Part shown: one piece after another, positions 48,655-58,304 of the stretch
How positions within the stretch are numbered: position 1 is the stretch's first letter
Layout of the letters: each line of letters starts with the position of its first letter
From: an uncultured Candidatus Saccharibacteria bacterium
GTDB taxonomy: Bacteria > Patescibacteriota > Minisyncoccia > Phycocordibacterales > PALSA-1337
DNA length: 64,000 bases
Direction of reading: 5' to 3'
Assembly: GCA_964495685.1 (NCBI GenBank)
Contig: CAZBVQ010000001.1
Coordinates: 373,568-437,567 of the forward strand
Made by a program: the position numbers and the translations under genes
Notes under the pieces: model-generated
What the model saw: only the letters and a program-made list of their open reading frames with translations
Databases searched by the model: none
What the model was told of the DNA's origin: nothing

Positions 48655-49722
48655 ATGACACTCAAGGAGCGCACAGAAAAAATACTCGGCCGTTTTTCGA
48701 ATGATATTGGTATCGATCTTGGCACAGCCAATACACTGGTCTATGTGCGCGGCAAAGGCATCGTCGTCAACGAACCATCAGTCGTCGCCGTCAACCAGAA
48801 GACGGGTCAGGTCGTCGCCGTAGGTCAGACTGCCAAGGATATGCTCGGACGCACACCTCAGCACATCACCGCAGTCCGTCCGTTGGTCGATGGAGTCATC
48901 TCTGATTTCGAGGTGACCGAAGAAATGCTCGCTTATCTGATGCGACGTGCCGGCGACTATATGCCCAAGAAATTCCTCGGCCCACGTGTGGTCGTCGGCG
49001 TACCTTCTGGGGTGACCAACGTCGAGGTACGTGCTGTCCGTGATGCTACAAAAAATGCTGGTGCCCGCGAAGTCTACATCGTCGAGCAGCCGATGGCGGG
49101 AGCCATCGGTATCCGCCTCCCAGTCCATGATCCGGTGGGCAGTATGATCATAGATATTGGTGGTGGTACGACTGATATCGCTGTTATTTCATTGGGCGGT
49201 ATTGTCCGTTCCAAGAATTTGAAAATAGCTGGTGACAAACTCAACAACGATATTATTTCCTACATTCGTAACGAATTCAAAATCCTGATTGGTGAGACTA
49301 CTGCAGAACAGGTCAAGAAAGACGTCGGCGCTGTCATTCCAGGCGAACCACTCGAGACGACTATCCGTGGTCGCGATCTCATCACGGGTTTGCCGCGCGA
49401 AGTGATCATTACCGACTCAGATATTCGAGAAGCTATCGGCCAATCCGTCGATACCTTGGTCGAAGCTACCAAAGAGGTACTCGAGACGACTCCGCCAGAA
49501 ATTCTTGCCGATGTGATGAAGCGAGGTATCCACTTGGTCGGTGGTGGTGCACTCATCAAAGGTCTCGATCAGCTTCTCATTGATACGCTCAATATTCCCG
49601 TCACCATTGCTGAAGATCCACTCACTGCTATTGCGCGTGGCGCGGGTGTGATCCTCGAAGATTTGGACAAGTTCCGTTCAGTACTTATTGAGAGTGAAGA
49701 TGACTTACCTTCAAACAAGTAG
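48655..49722 (+). CDS. mreB: Rod shape-determining protein MreB
   Basis: GIDLGTANT, DIGGGTTD; first gene of mreB-mreC-mreD-PBP2. Confidence 0.95.
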   Translation: MTLKERTEKILGRFSNDIGIDLGTANTLVYVRGKGIVVNEPSVVAVNQKTGQVVAVGQTAKDMLGRTPQHITAVRPLVDGVISDFEVTEEMLAYLMRRAGDYMPKKFLGPRVVVGVPSGVTNVEVRAVRDATKNAGAREVYIVEQPMAGAIGIRLPVHDPVGSMIIDIGGGTTDIAVISLGGIVRSKNLKIAGDKLNNDIISYIRNEFKILIGETTAEQVKKDVGAVIPGEPLETTIRGRDLITGLPREVIITDSDIREAIGQSVDTLVEATKEVLETTPPEILADVMKRGIHLVGGGALIKGLDQLLIDTLNIPVTIAEDPLTAIARGAGVILEDLDKFRSVLIESEDDLPSNK

Positions 49723-50524
49723 AAGGCCTTACCAACGACTCCGCCGCAGTGTCGGCTTGGTCGCCGTGGTCGTGCTCATTATAGTGGGTGGTATCCAACT
49801 CATTTCTCCGCATTTCTTCGCGGGGTTATTTACGGCTTTTGCTCGACCATTCTGGCGTGCGGAGGTGGGGGTCAAGAGTGGGGAACTCCTATCAGTCGAA
49901 ACATTGGTAGATGAGAAAGAGCAACTTGTTCGTCAGATTGCTGATATGCAGATGCGCATGCAGACAGTGACTGCGCTCGAGTCACAGAATGAGGAACTCA
50001 AAGCATTACTCGGACGTAGTACCGATCCTACAGCAACTACTACCAGCACAGCGCGCCGAATGAATGAACCAGGAACATTGGCTGCAGTATTACGTAGACC
50101 ACCATTTTCTGGGTATGACTATTTCATCATTGATATTGGAGCAGATTATGGCGTCTCCACGAGTAGTCTCGTCTATATCGCTGGAAATGTATTGGTCGGC
50201 CGCGTGGTCGACGTCCTCGAGACCACCTCCAAGGTCAAACTATTTTCATCATCAGGAGAAAGCTTCCCCGTACTCATCGGGTCGACACATATCGCCGCCA
50301 CAGCTAGTGGTCGAGGTGGGGGACAGTATGAGGCTCAAGTATCTCGTGATACCACTGTGGCCGAAGGGGATTTCGTGCTCGGATCTTCGTTTGCAGATCG
50401 CCCAATGGGACTTGTCTCTGCCATTCTGATTGATCCGACTCAACCATTCAAGACGGTGCTTTTTGCCCCACCAGTCAACCTATATCAGACGAGATGGGTC
50501 ACCGTGCAACATCATGGTCAATAA
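49700..50524 (+). CDS. mreC: Rod shape-determining protein MreC
   Basis: TM, coiled coil (QNEELKALL), IDIG...GV, LVGRV; synteny. Confidence 0.88.
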   Translation: MTYLQTSRRPYQRLRRSVGLVAVVVLIIVGGIQLISPHFFAGLFTAFARPFWRAEVGVKSGELLSVETLVDEKEQLVRQIADMQMRMQTVTALESQNEELKALLGRSTDPTATTTSTARRMNEPGTLAAVLRRPPFSGYDYFIIDIGADYGVSTSSLVYIAGNVLVGRVVDVLETTSKVKLFSSSGESFPVLIGSTHIAATASGRGGGQYEAQVSRDTTVAEGDFVLGSSFADRPMGLVSAILIDPTQPFKTVLFAPPVNLYQTRWVTVQHHGQ

Positions 50525-50780
50525 TCTTTCGGTGCGTATATGTACAGACATCGTGCTCACTATCTGCCTTATTCAGGGCTGGTGGCTGGTGTTATTTCTT
50601 GCAGCGATCATTCATGTCAGTTTATTCTCGTACCCGTTCGAGATCATTATCGCTGGCATTGTTTACGATTCCTTATTCGGCCTATTGCCAGGTACAGGGG
50701 TGCGTGGGTATGCAGGAACTATCGCCATGGTAGTGGTGTTCCTGATTGTCTACGGTATCAAGAAATTGGTGAGGAGGTAG
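50514..50780 (+). CDS. Small membrane protein in the mreD position
   Basis: Hydrophobic, G..YD motif, between mreC and PBP2. Confidence 0.6.
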   Translation: MVNNLSVRICTDIVLTICLIQGWWLVLFLAAIIHVSLFSYPFEIIIAGIVYDSLFGLLPGTGVRGYAGTIAMVVVFLIVYGIKKLVRR

Positions 50781-50818
50781 GTTGCGTTCTTGAGTGGTCG
50801 ATATGGTAGTATGTGCCC

Positions 50819-52540
50819 ATGCCATTCTCCCTCCAACGACTGATGTTCTGGCGTCGACGTCGCCGACGAGTGACGGAGATCGCTCCGGATGAAGTCATGT
50901 TGGATTCCAGCAACTTGCCGGAATTCGATACATCTCAATTCGAAGGACGTCTGGAGAAACCAATATCCAAGGTCTCACTATTCATGGTGGTGATCATATT
51001 CGGCATCATCGCAGTCGTCTATATTATACAGACGGGTAACCTGCAGATCGCTCATGGTGATGAGTATCGTGGACGAAGTGAACGTAATCTTCTCCGCCCA
51101 GTACCCATCTTCGCTGGCCGCGGAGTTATCGAAGATCGCATCGGACACCTCTTGGCATGGAACGCACCATCTCAGACTGTATCAGCCACCGCCACCGACG
51201 AAGTCGTCGCTACACGGCAATATGCCACTACTACTGGCCTCTCGCACGTTCTGGGATATGTGAAATATCCTTCGAAAGACAAAAACGGATTCTACTATCA
51301 AGATGATTTCGAGGGTGTGGCAGGTGCCGAAAAATATTTCGACCCCAACCTTCAAGGCAGGAATGGTTCTCGGCTCATCGAAGTCGATGCACATGGCGAT
51401 ATTATTTCAGGGAATGTTGTTCGGCCTCCGGTACAAGGTGCTTCCGTCACGTTGTCGATCGATAGTCGAGTCCAGTCCTCATTGTATGATCACATCAAAG
51501 GCATTGCAGAAAGTGTCGGATTTGCCGGTGGTGCAGGTGTCATTATCGATGTGCGCACTGGCGAACTTATCGCACTCACCAGTTACCCAGAATATAGCTC
51601 TCAAGTCATGTCTGACAGGAATGACACGGCGCGTATCAAGTCGTTGTTGGCCAACAAAGATTTACCATTCCTCAATCGTGCTGTCGATGGTCTCTACACA
51701 CCGGGTTCGGTGGTCAAACCGTACGTGGCTTTGGCCGCATTGACTGAACATACGATTGATCCCAGCACAGTTATTGTTACTACGGGTTCAGTTTCTATTC
51801 CCAACCCGTATGATCCGACCAAGAGTACCGTTTTCAAAGATTGGAAGAATAATGGGTCACTTGATATGCGCCATGCTATTGCCGCATCATCTGACGCCTA
51901 TTTCTATATCATTGGCGGTGGCTACAAAGATCAGAAAGGTCTCGGTATAGCCAACATCGACAAATATCTACGCATGTTCGGCCTGGGTTCACAGATTCCA
52001 GACTCATTCGCCCAGGGCAAGATCGGTACTATCCCGACACCAGAATGGAAAAAGACGACATTCAACGAAGATTGGTATCTCGGAAATACGTATCATACCG
52101 CCATTGGGCAGTATGGTTTCCAGGTCACTCCTATCCAGATGGCACGTGCCGTAGCGGCGATGGCCAATAGTGGTATTCTACTCACGCCAACTATCATCAA
52201 AGATGATGGTCCTCACGTCGATCGTTTCATCGACGCCATTCCTGCCAAGAATTTCCAGATCGTCCGGGAAGGTATGCGTCTCAGTGTCACCGAAGGTACT
52301 AGCAAAGCGCTCAATGTGCCTTTCACGAATGTGGCAGGAAAGTCTGGTACTGCTGAGCTTGGTGTCAGCAAGGATAAGGTCAACTCCTGGATTACCGGTT
52401 TCTGGCCGTATGAGAATCCCAAATATGCATTCACAGTGATGCTCGAAAAAGGTTCAGTGCACAACCTCATTGGTGCTGCAGCAGCCATGCGTCAGCAGCT
52501 CGATTGGATGGGGGAGCATACACCTGAGTACTTCAAGTAA
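50819..52540 (+). CDS. mrdA: Penicillin-binding protein 2 (class B transpeptidase)
   Basis: PGSVVK (SxxK), SSD, KSG; RG.I.DR dimerisation motif. Confidence 0.9.
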   Translation: MPFSLQRLMFWRRRRRRVTEIAPDEVMLDSSNLPEFDTSQFEGRLEKPISKVSLFMVVIIFGIIAVVYIIQTGNLQIAHGDEYRGRSERNLLRPVPIFAGRGVIEDRIGHLLAWNAPSQTVSATATDEVVATRQYATTTGLSHVLGYVKYPSKDKNGFYYQDDFEGVAGAEKYFDPNLQGRNGSRLIEVDAHGDIISGNVVRPPVQGASVTLSIDSRVQSSLYDHIKGIAESVGFAGGAGVIIDVRTGELIALTSYPEYSSQVMSDRNDTARIKSLLANKDLPFLNRAVDGLYTPGSVVKPYVALAALTEHTIDPSTVIVTTGSVSIPNPYDPTKSTVFKDWKNNGSLDMRHAIAASSDAYFYIIGGGYKDQKGLGIANIDKYLRMFGLGSQIPDSFAQGKIGTIPTPEWKKTTFNEDWYLGNTYHTAIGQYGFQVTPIQMARAVAAMANSGILLTPTIIKDDGPHVDRFIDAIPAKNFQIVREGMRLSVTEGTSKALNVPFTNVAGKSGTAELGVSKDKVNSWITGFWPYENPKYAFTVMLEKGSVHNLIGAAAAMRQQLDWMGEHTPEYFK

Positions 52541-52551
52541 TCGCTCAATCA

Positions 52552-52659
52552 GGCCGGCAGGAATATGTGCACGTGATGCGAATGAAGGTTAATTCGTGGT
52601 ATGCGGAGTATGTTCCAAGATCGGTTCATTCGCATCACGTGCGCATATTCCTGCCGGCC
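52552..52659 (+). repeat. 108-nt long hairpin element (35-bp stem, conserved 38-nt loop)
   Basis: Arms 52552-52586 and 52625-52659 with one T.G pair; loop matches that of 27573-27679. Confidence 0.85.
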
Positions 52660-52750
52660 CCCTTTATACACTTTTCGTATTGTGGCATAAGGGTTTTGGT
52701 GCTAGAATAACGGTCTATTAACCTAGGAACTAAGGTCTCTTTTTATTGCC

Positions 52751-53218
52751 ATGTCTACCGAAGTACAGTATCTCACTAATGAAAAATTTGCGGAGCTTAC
52801 CAAAGAGCTCAAACATCTCAAGACCAATCGGCGCAAAGAAGTAGCGGATCAGCTCGAATATGCCAAGAAACTCGGCGATCTTTCTGAAAATGCTGAGTAT
52901 CATCAGGCTCGCGAAGAGCAGGCGGAAGTAGAGGATCGTATCGGTCGTCTCGAAAATCTCCTCAAGAATGCCACCATTATGAAATCGGGCGGCGGTGATG
53001 TGGTGTCAGTCGGTTCTACCGTACACCTCAAAAAAGCTGGTGAGAATCGCTCATATATTTATATTATCGTTGGTTCAGAAGAAGCTGATATGACACAGGG
53101 CAAGGTTTCCAACATGTCACCTCTCGGTGCAGCACTCCTCGGACACAAGGTTGCTGATACGATCAAGGTGAATACTCCCAAGGGCGTGGTCGCATATACC
53201 ATCGATCAGATCAAATAA
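52751..53218 (+). CDS. greA: Transcription elongation factor GreA
   Basis: GDLSENAEY, SPLGAALLG. Confidence 0.96.
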   Translation: MSTEVQYLTNEKFAELTKELKHLKTNRRKEVADQLEYAKKLGDLSENAEYHQAREEQAEVEDRIGRLENLLKNATIMKSGGGDVVSVGSTVHLKKAGENRSYIYIIVGSEEADMTQGKVSNMSPLGAALLGHKVADTIKVNTPKGVVAYTIDQIK

Positions 53219-53222
53219 TCCC

Positions 53223-54683
53223 ATGGCATCCATCGACGAACTTCGTACAACTCGGCTGCAGAAATTGGAGCTTCTCAAGAAGGCTGGCATGGAAGCGTAT
53301 CCTGCCAAAGTCCCTCGGGATTTCTGTCTCGAAGACGCACGTGCTAATTTCGGTGAATATGAGAAATCACAGAAGCCAGTCTCGGTGGCTGGTCGCATTA
53401 TGGCGATTCGCGGCCAAGGCGCCATCCTCTTCGCGGTGCTCGATGATGGTAAAGCGACATTCCAGGCCGTGATCAAGAAAGATGTCCTTGACGTCAGACT
53501 GCTCGACCTTTTTACAGCTGCTGTAGATATTGGTGATATTATTTCCGTAACAGGAACGTGCTTCACTACTCAGCGAGGTGAGCAGAGTTTGTTGGTGACT
53601 TCGTGGACTATGGCTTCCAAGTCGTTACTTCCGTTACCAGAAAAATGGCACGGTATCACCGATCCTGATGAAAAGTTCAGGAAGAGGTATTTGGATTTTA
53701 TTATGACGCCAGAGCTCCGTGAAATGTTCCTCAAAAAAGCAAAGTTTTGGAATGTAACGAGGCAATTTTTGAGCAACAATGGATTTTTGGAAGTAGAGAC
53801 ACCAACATTAGAGACCACGACTGGTGGTGCAGAAGCAACTCCATTCAAGACACACCACAATGACTACGATCTTGATGTCTATTTGCGTATTTCCGTTGGA
53901 GAGTTGTGGCAGAAGAGGTTGATGGCCGGAGGTTTTCCAAAAACTTTCGAGATTGGTCGTGTGTATCGCAACGAAGGCACGAGTCCAGAACATGCGCAGG
54001 AATTCACCAACATGGAATTCTATTGGTCATATGCCGATTACAATGATGGCATGAAGTTGGTCCAAGAAATGTATCGGACGATTGCACAAGAAGTATTTGG
54101 AACAACCAAGTTCACCACTCGTGGTCACAGTTTCGATCTATCTGATGAGTGGGTGAAGATTGACTATGCAGAAGAAATTAAGAAACAGACCGGCATCGAC
54201 ATTATCTCTGCATCAGAAAAGGACATGATGGGTAAACTCGGTGAGCTCAAGGTTAAATATGATGGGACCAATCGTGAGCGACTTACCGATACATTGTGGA
54301 AATATTGCCGCAAAAATATTACCGGCCCCGCATTCCTGATCAATCATCCAGTCTTGGTCGCCCCACTTGCCAAAAGTGTACCTGGCAAGTCTGTAGTCCA
54401 AATGTTTCAACCAATTATTGCAGGAAGTGAACTCGGTCGTGGCTATTCTGAGCTCAATGATCCTATCGATCAAGCTAACCGATTTGCTGAACAACAGAAA
54501 CTCATTGAGAAGGGAGATACTGAGGCCATGATGGCTGATCATGAATTCGTCGAGATGCTGGAGCACGGCATGCCACCAACGTGTGGATTTGGTTTCGGTG
54601 AACGACTATTTGCATTCTTGATAGACAAGCCGCTCCGTGAGACGCAGTTGTTTCCACTTATGAAGCCGAAAGGAGACAAATAA
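53223..54683 (+). CDS. lysS: Lysine--tRNA ligase (class II)
   Basis: LPEKWHG, GGAEATPFKT, YRNEG, HGMPP..GFG.G. Confidence 0.97.
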   Translation: MASIDELRTTRLQKLELLKKAGMEAYPAKVPRDFCLEDARANFGEYEKSQKPVSVAGRIMAIRGQGAILFAVLDDGKATFQAVIKKDVLDVRLLDLFTAAVDIGDIISVTGTCFTTQRGEQSLLVTSWTMASKSLLPLPEKWHGITDPDEKFRKRYLDFIMTPELREMFLKKAKFWNVTRQFLSNNGFLEVETPTLETTTGGAEATPFKTHHNDYDLDVYLRISVGELWQKRLMAGGFPKTFEIGRVYRNEGTSPEHAQEFTNMEFYWSYADYNDGMKLVQEMYRTIAQEVFGTTKFTTRGHSFDLSDEWVKIDYAEEIKKQTGIDIISASEKDMMGKLGELKVKYDGTNRERLTDTLWKYCRKNITGPAFLINHPVLVAPLAKSVPGKSVVQMFQPIIAGSELGRGYSELNDPIDQANRFAEQQKLIEKGDTEAMMADHEFVEMLEHGMPPTCGFGFGERLFAFLIDKPLRETQLFPLMKPKGDK

Positions 54684-54698
54684 AATCTATCATTTCAC

Positions 54699-54923
54699 AT
54701 GCTCAATTTTTTCACCAAAGCACTCATAAAAAGACAGATGAAGGGGGTTCCTGAAGCAGAAATTAATAAAATTTTTGAAATGATCGAGAAGAATCCAGAC
54801 TATTTCAAGCAGATGGCCGAACAGATTCAAGCGAAGATGAAACAGGGGATGAGTCAGGAGGAGGCTGCCAAGGCAGTTATGGTGACGGATAAGAATAAAA
54901 TACAGGAGATGTTTGGGAAATAA
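54699..54923 (+). CDS. Small helical hypothetical protein
   Basis: 74-aa ORF directly after lysS. Confidence 0.7.
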   Translation: MLNFFTKALIKRQMKGVPEAEINKIFEMIEKNPDYFKQMAEQIQAKMKQGMSQEEAAKAVMVTDKNKIQEMFGK

Positions 54924-55490
54924 AATAGGCCCCGACAACTTCGTTAGTCTGCGCTTACGCGCTGCGACTGTAGGCTGTCGGGACCGTGTATGGAAGAGTC
55001 CTCGTGCTTTCTTGAATAGCGATTGATGCGGCTTTTGGAGGGCCACATCGTTCAAGTAGTGATTGTCCGAGGGTGCTTGCTTTTTAGGGCAATTGCATCT
55101 GGGGTGATTGACTATCACTTTGATGCTGCACGTTTAGTGTTGACTGACCCCCGGGTCAGTCTTCCTGAATTCTCGCTTCCACGCCTGGAAGCAATAGCTC
55201 AGAATCATAGGTGCTGACGCAAAGGCCTTTAGCGACTCGTCTTTCGACTCATCGTCTTGGTCGTTGCTTTTCAGCTATCCGGGTTTGTCTGGCCAGATAG
55301 TGCCTAGGGGAGACTTCTCTCCACAATGGCGCGGGAACACTCAGGCGCCAAGGTTTTTCGATGGTTCTCATGACAACATTCCAATCTTGCGACTAGTTCG
55401 TTGCCCTCATTCCGTTGAGTACCATCATGGTTTCTGCCAGAGTGTCTGGCTCTCACCGAAATTCAATGTGCTGCGTATTACGAGCGTGAA
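54922..55490 (-). ncRNA. Candidate large (~560 nt) structured ncRNA
   Basis: TTGACG-17-TATCTT promoter (55523-55495); more than 12 hairpins; GNRA loops, K-turn and G.U pairs on the minus strand; terminal stem plus U-rich tail; no credible ORF. Confidence 0.7.
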
Positions 55491-55605
55491 GTGAAAGATA
55501 CACCCTTAAACACGATTCGTCAATAATGTTAAAATACAAAACTGAAAATATAGCCTTGTCAAATATTAGTTGCAATTTCGCGATTTCAAACGTACACTAG
55601 CTTCT

Positions 55606-56703
55606 ATGTCACTCTCCATCGGCATCGTGGGACTTCCCAACGTCGGTAAATCGACGCTTTTTAATGCACTTACTAGGAAGAGCGTCCTTGTGGCCAACTA
55701 TCCATTCGCGACCATTGACCCATCAGTGGGCGTGGTTGCGGTACCTGATGAACGACTCCATAAGCTAGCTGAATTTTCAAAGACGCAGAAAACAGTTCCG
55801 GCAGTCGTCGAATTTGTAGATATTGCAGGGCTCGTCAAAGGTGCCTCAGCTGGCGAAGGTCTCGGCAACCAATTCCTGACCAATATTCGTGAGACTGATG
55901 CTATCGCCGAGGTGGTCCGCATATTTGAGGATGACAATATCATTCATGTCGATGGCAAAATCAATCCACTCAAAGATATCGAGGTCATCAACCTCGAACT
56001 CATTCTGGCTGATATCCAGACCGTGACCAAGCGTCATGGCAATTTGGGCAAAGAAGCACGATCGGGCAAGAAGGAGGCCTTGATTGAGCTTGGTCTCGTG
56101 GAGAAGATTAAGAAGGCTCTGGAGGCGGGCAAACTGGCATCCTCGGTTATTCCTGATGAATTCGAGGCACCTTATATGAAGTCTCTACACCTCCTCACAT
56201 CGAAGCCATTCATGTACGTGCTCAACAAGAAGTCAGGTGGCAAGAATTTGGATGAGACCAATGATGAACGTTATCAAGCCTTGATGAAATTCTTTGCTGA
56301 CAATAAGGCTTCATGGGTTATCGTCGATGCCGGAGTGGAACATGAGCTCAAAGATCTAGAAGGGGATGAGAAGAAAGAATTTCGTGAAAGCTTGGGCGCG
56401 CACGACGATGGCATTAACGACCTAATCAAGAAAGGCTATGAGCTTCTGAATTTGATCACCTACTTCACTACTGGTGAAAAAGAAACTCGCGCATGGACTA
56501 TTCATCGTGGTTGGACAGCACCTGAAGCAGGAACTGCAATCCATGGTGATTTCAAAGACAAATTTATTCGTGCAGAAGTGATCGAGTGGGATAAATTGCT
56601 CGAAGCAGGTTCGTTCGGTGTTGCTCGCGAGAAGGGGTGGCTTCGAACAGAAGGGAAGGAATATGTGGTTAAGGATGGGGATGTGATGGAGTTTAAGGTG
56701 TAG
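55606..56703 (+). CDS. ychF: Redox-regulated ATPase YchF
   Basis: GIVGLPNVGKST, NYPFATIDP, DIAGLVKGAS.GEGLGN, EGKEYVVKDGDV. Confidence 0.97.
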   Translation: MSLSIGIVGLPNVGKSTLFNALTRKSVLVANYPFATIDPSVGVVAVPDERLHKLAEFSKTQKTVPAVVEFVDIAGLVKGASAGEGLGNQFLTNIRETDAIAEVVRIFEDDNIIHVDGKINPLKDIEVINLELILADIQTVTKRHGNLGKEARSGKKEALIELGLVEKIKKALEAGKLASSVIPDEFEAPYMKSLHLLTSKPFMYVLNKKSGGKNLDETNDERYQALMKFFADNKASWVIVDAGVEHELKDLEGDEKKEFRESLGAHDDGINDLIKKGYELLNLITYFTTGEKETRAWTIHRGWTAPEAGTAIHGDFKDKFIRAEVIEWDKLLEAGSFGVAREKGWLRTEGKEYVVKDGDVMEFKV

Positions 56704-57506
56704 GCAAAAAATCACCCGCTTCGACCTGAGCCGTGGCGGGATGAAATTTAAAATTTATTAGATAATTAACACACATGAAAAACTCACAAAAAGGTTCGGT
56801 GGCAGTAATTTTATTAGTAATTATTATTGTAGTTTTGGTAGGGGTAATTGGTTGGATTTATTTCAAACAGTCAGCTCAGGTGAGTCAAGTTTCTGATTCA
56901 ACATTGACCGTAGACACCCAATCAGTAACCTCAAATCCCAATAATACGATTCAACCTAAAAAGGGTATTGTTCCAAGTAATCAGAACTCGTCACTTAAAA
57001 CTTACAGGAATACGCAGTACAGTTTTTCATTCCAATATCCTCAAGGATATTCTATAACTGATGGGAAACCAAACAGTCAAACGGTTGGCGTATGGTTTGT
57101 TTGGCTATCAGACGCTAGCCAAGATACAGTGACAGGAATTAACGTATATCAATCAGATTTAACACTCGATCAATTTGTTGCAAACGAAAAACAAATCTTA
57201 TCTAGTTCTCCAGGCACAATTTCTTTCACTGAGGCTGGTCGGGTATCACTTGGGGGAAATACTGCAACCAAAGTGAACTATTCATTCTCGGGTAGGAATA
57301 GTGGCACGTCTGAAATTTACTATTTCAAGAAAAATGATTTCGTCTATAGAATTCAGCTTAATCAAACGATTGATTCTCAGGTTAAACAAGATATTCTTTC
57401 AACATTCAACGTAAAGTAAAGACGTAAATAGTTTTATCAGGCTCAAGTCGCACCCCTAAAGGAGTATGTGGTCAAGGATGGGGATGTCATAGAGTTTAAG
57501 GTCTAA
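56656..57506. mobile_element. Single-gene cassette bounded by a 48-bp duplication of the ychF 3' end
   Basis: 56656-56703 versus 57459-57506, six differences all at third codon positions; internal inverted repeat CGACCTGAGCC/GGCTCAAGTCG. Confidence 0.75.
56775..57419 (+). CDS. Membrane-anchored protein with pilin-like N-terminus and PsbP-like extracellular domain
   Basis: MKNSQKG plus hydrophobic helix; KTYRNTQYSFSFQYP; ILSTF C-terminus; AT-rich. Confidence 0.75.
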   Translation: MKNSQKGSVAVILLVIIIVVLVGVIGWIYFKQSAQVSQVSDSTLTVDTQSVTSNPNNTIQPKKGIVPSNQNSSLKTYRNTQYSFSFQYPQGYSITDGKPNSQTVGVWFVWLSDASQDTVTGINVYQSDLTLDQFVANEKQILSSSPGTISFTEAGRVSLGGNTATKVNYSFSGRNSGTSEIYYFKKNDFVYRIQLNQTIDSQVKQDILSTFNVK

Positions 57507-57647
57507 CCCCCCTTGCTTTATTTTCAGTTATGTGTTTATATGCACCACTGAATTGCATGCAATGGTCCATGTACTCGCTGACCTAGACGGTTGGGAGTTT
57601 GAAACATGATCGGGAAGCATGCAGAATAATGAAAGGTTAGGGATAAC

Positions 57648-58124
57648 ATGAAACTGGTAAATCGTCTGGTGTCCACGATGGTCGTGGCGCTCGTGGCAAT
57701 CATCGGCACATCGTCGGCAGTGGCGACTGTAGGAGGGAGTGAAGACGTCAAGGTGGAAATACTCTCGGTCCACACAAGCGTCGGGCTGGTCTGCACCAAT
57801 AGCGTCGAGCACGGGATGTCTCACCACACACTGGGTGTGTGGGACCCCGGTTGATGGGAGATCTCGTCGTTCTGCAACGGTGACCAAGTGACGGTCACGA
57901 ACACTGACTGCGCGACCTCGACGGTCACGGTGAACGGAACCTTGCTCGGCGCGTCGGACACGGCGTCCGCGTCTTCATCTGCCAAAGTTACTGTCTATAC
58001 CCTGAGCCATAGCCAGTACATTACGTGGGACCCGCTGGCGGAAACATATGTCGGTCATGTTGACGTCGGTGTCTCGAAGACCTACGAGGAGTTTTGTCTG
58101 CAGCCGATTGAGCCGGAGGATTGA
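57648..58124 (+). pseudogene. Secreted hypothetical protein interrupted by one in-frame TGA (57852-57854)
   Basis: ORFs 57648-57854 and 57888-58124 share a frame with no other stop; signal peptide at the start; terminator after 58124. Confidence 0.55.
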
Positions 58125-58304
58125 TCCCCTCGAGCTCTTGTTCAAGTCTTACACCCGCTGGGAACACCGGCGGGCTTTTTGTACATGACGTCTTCCATTA
58201 AGTCCCTAAATATGGTATAAACTCTCCCGGAATGTACGTTGTCGTAGGGCGTGTATTCCATAGGTTCTTCAACTAAACTGTCGGTTAACCCTTGGAGGAT
58301 TCGC

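Noticed and set aside
43179-49722. Two mreB paralogs as a novelty
   Set aside because: MreB/Mbl paralogs are common, and both look intact and ordinary.
54922-55490. Large RNA as RNase P, tmRNA or a hammerhead ribozyme
   Set aside because: No GAGGAAAGUCC/P4 pairing and no tRNA-like GGGG...CCA ends or tag frame. GATGAGTCGAAAGACGAG lacks the CUGAUGA...GAAA core and fits a K-turn better.
23205-57506. Integron or prophage as the explanation for the cargo cassettes
   Set aside because: No integrase, transposase or phage structural gene in the window, and no attC-type GTTRRRY arrays recognised.
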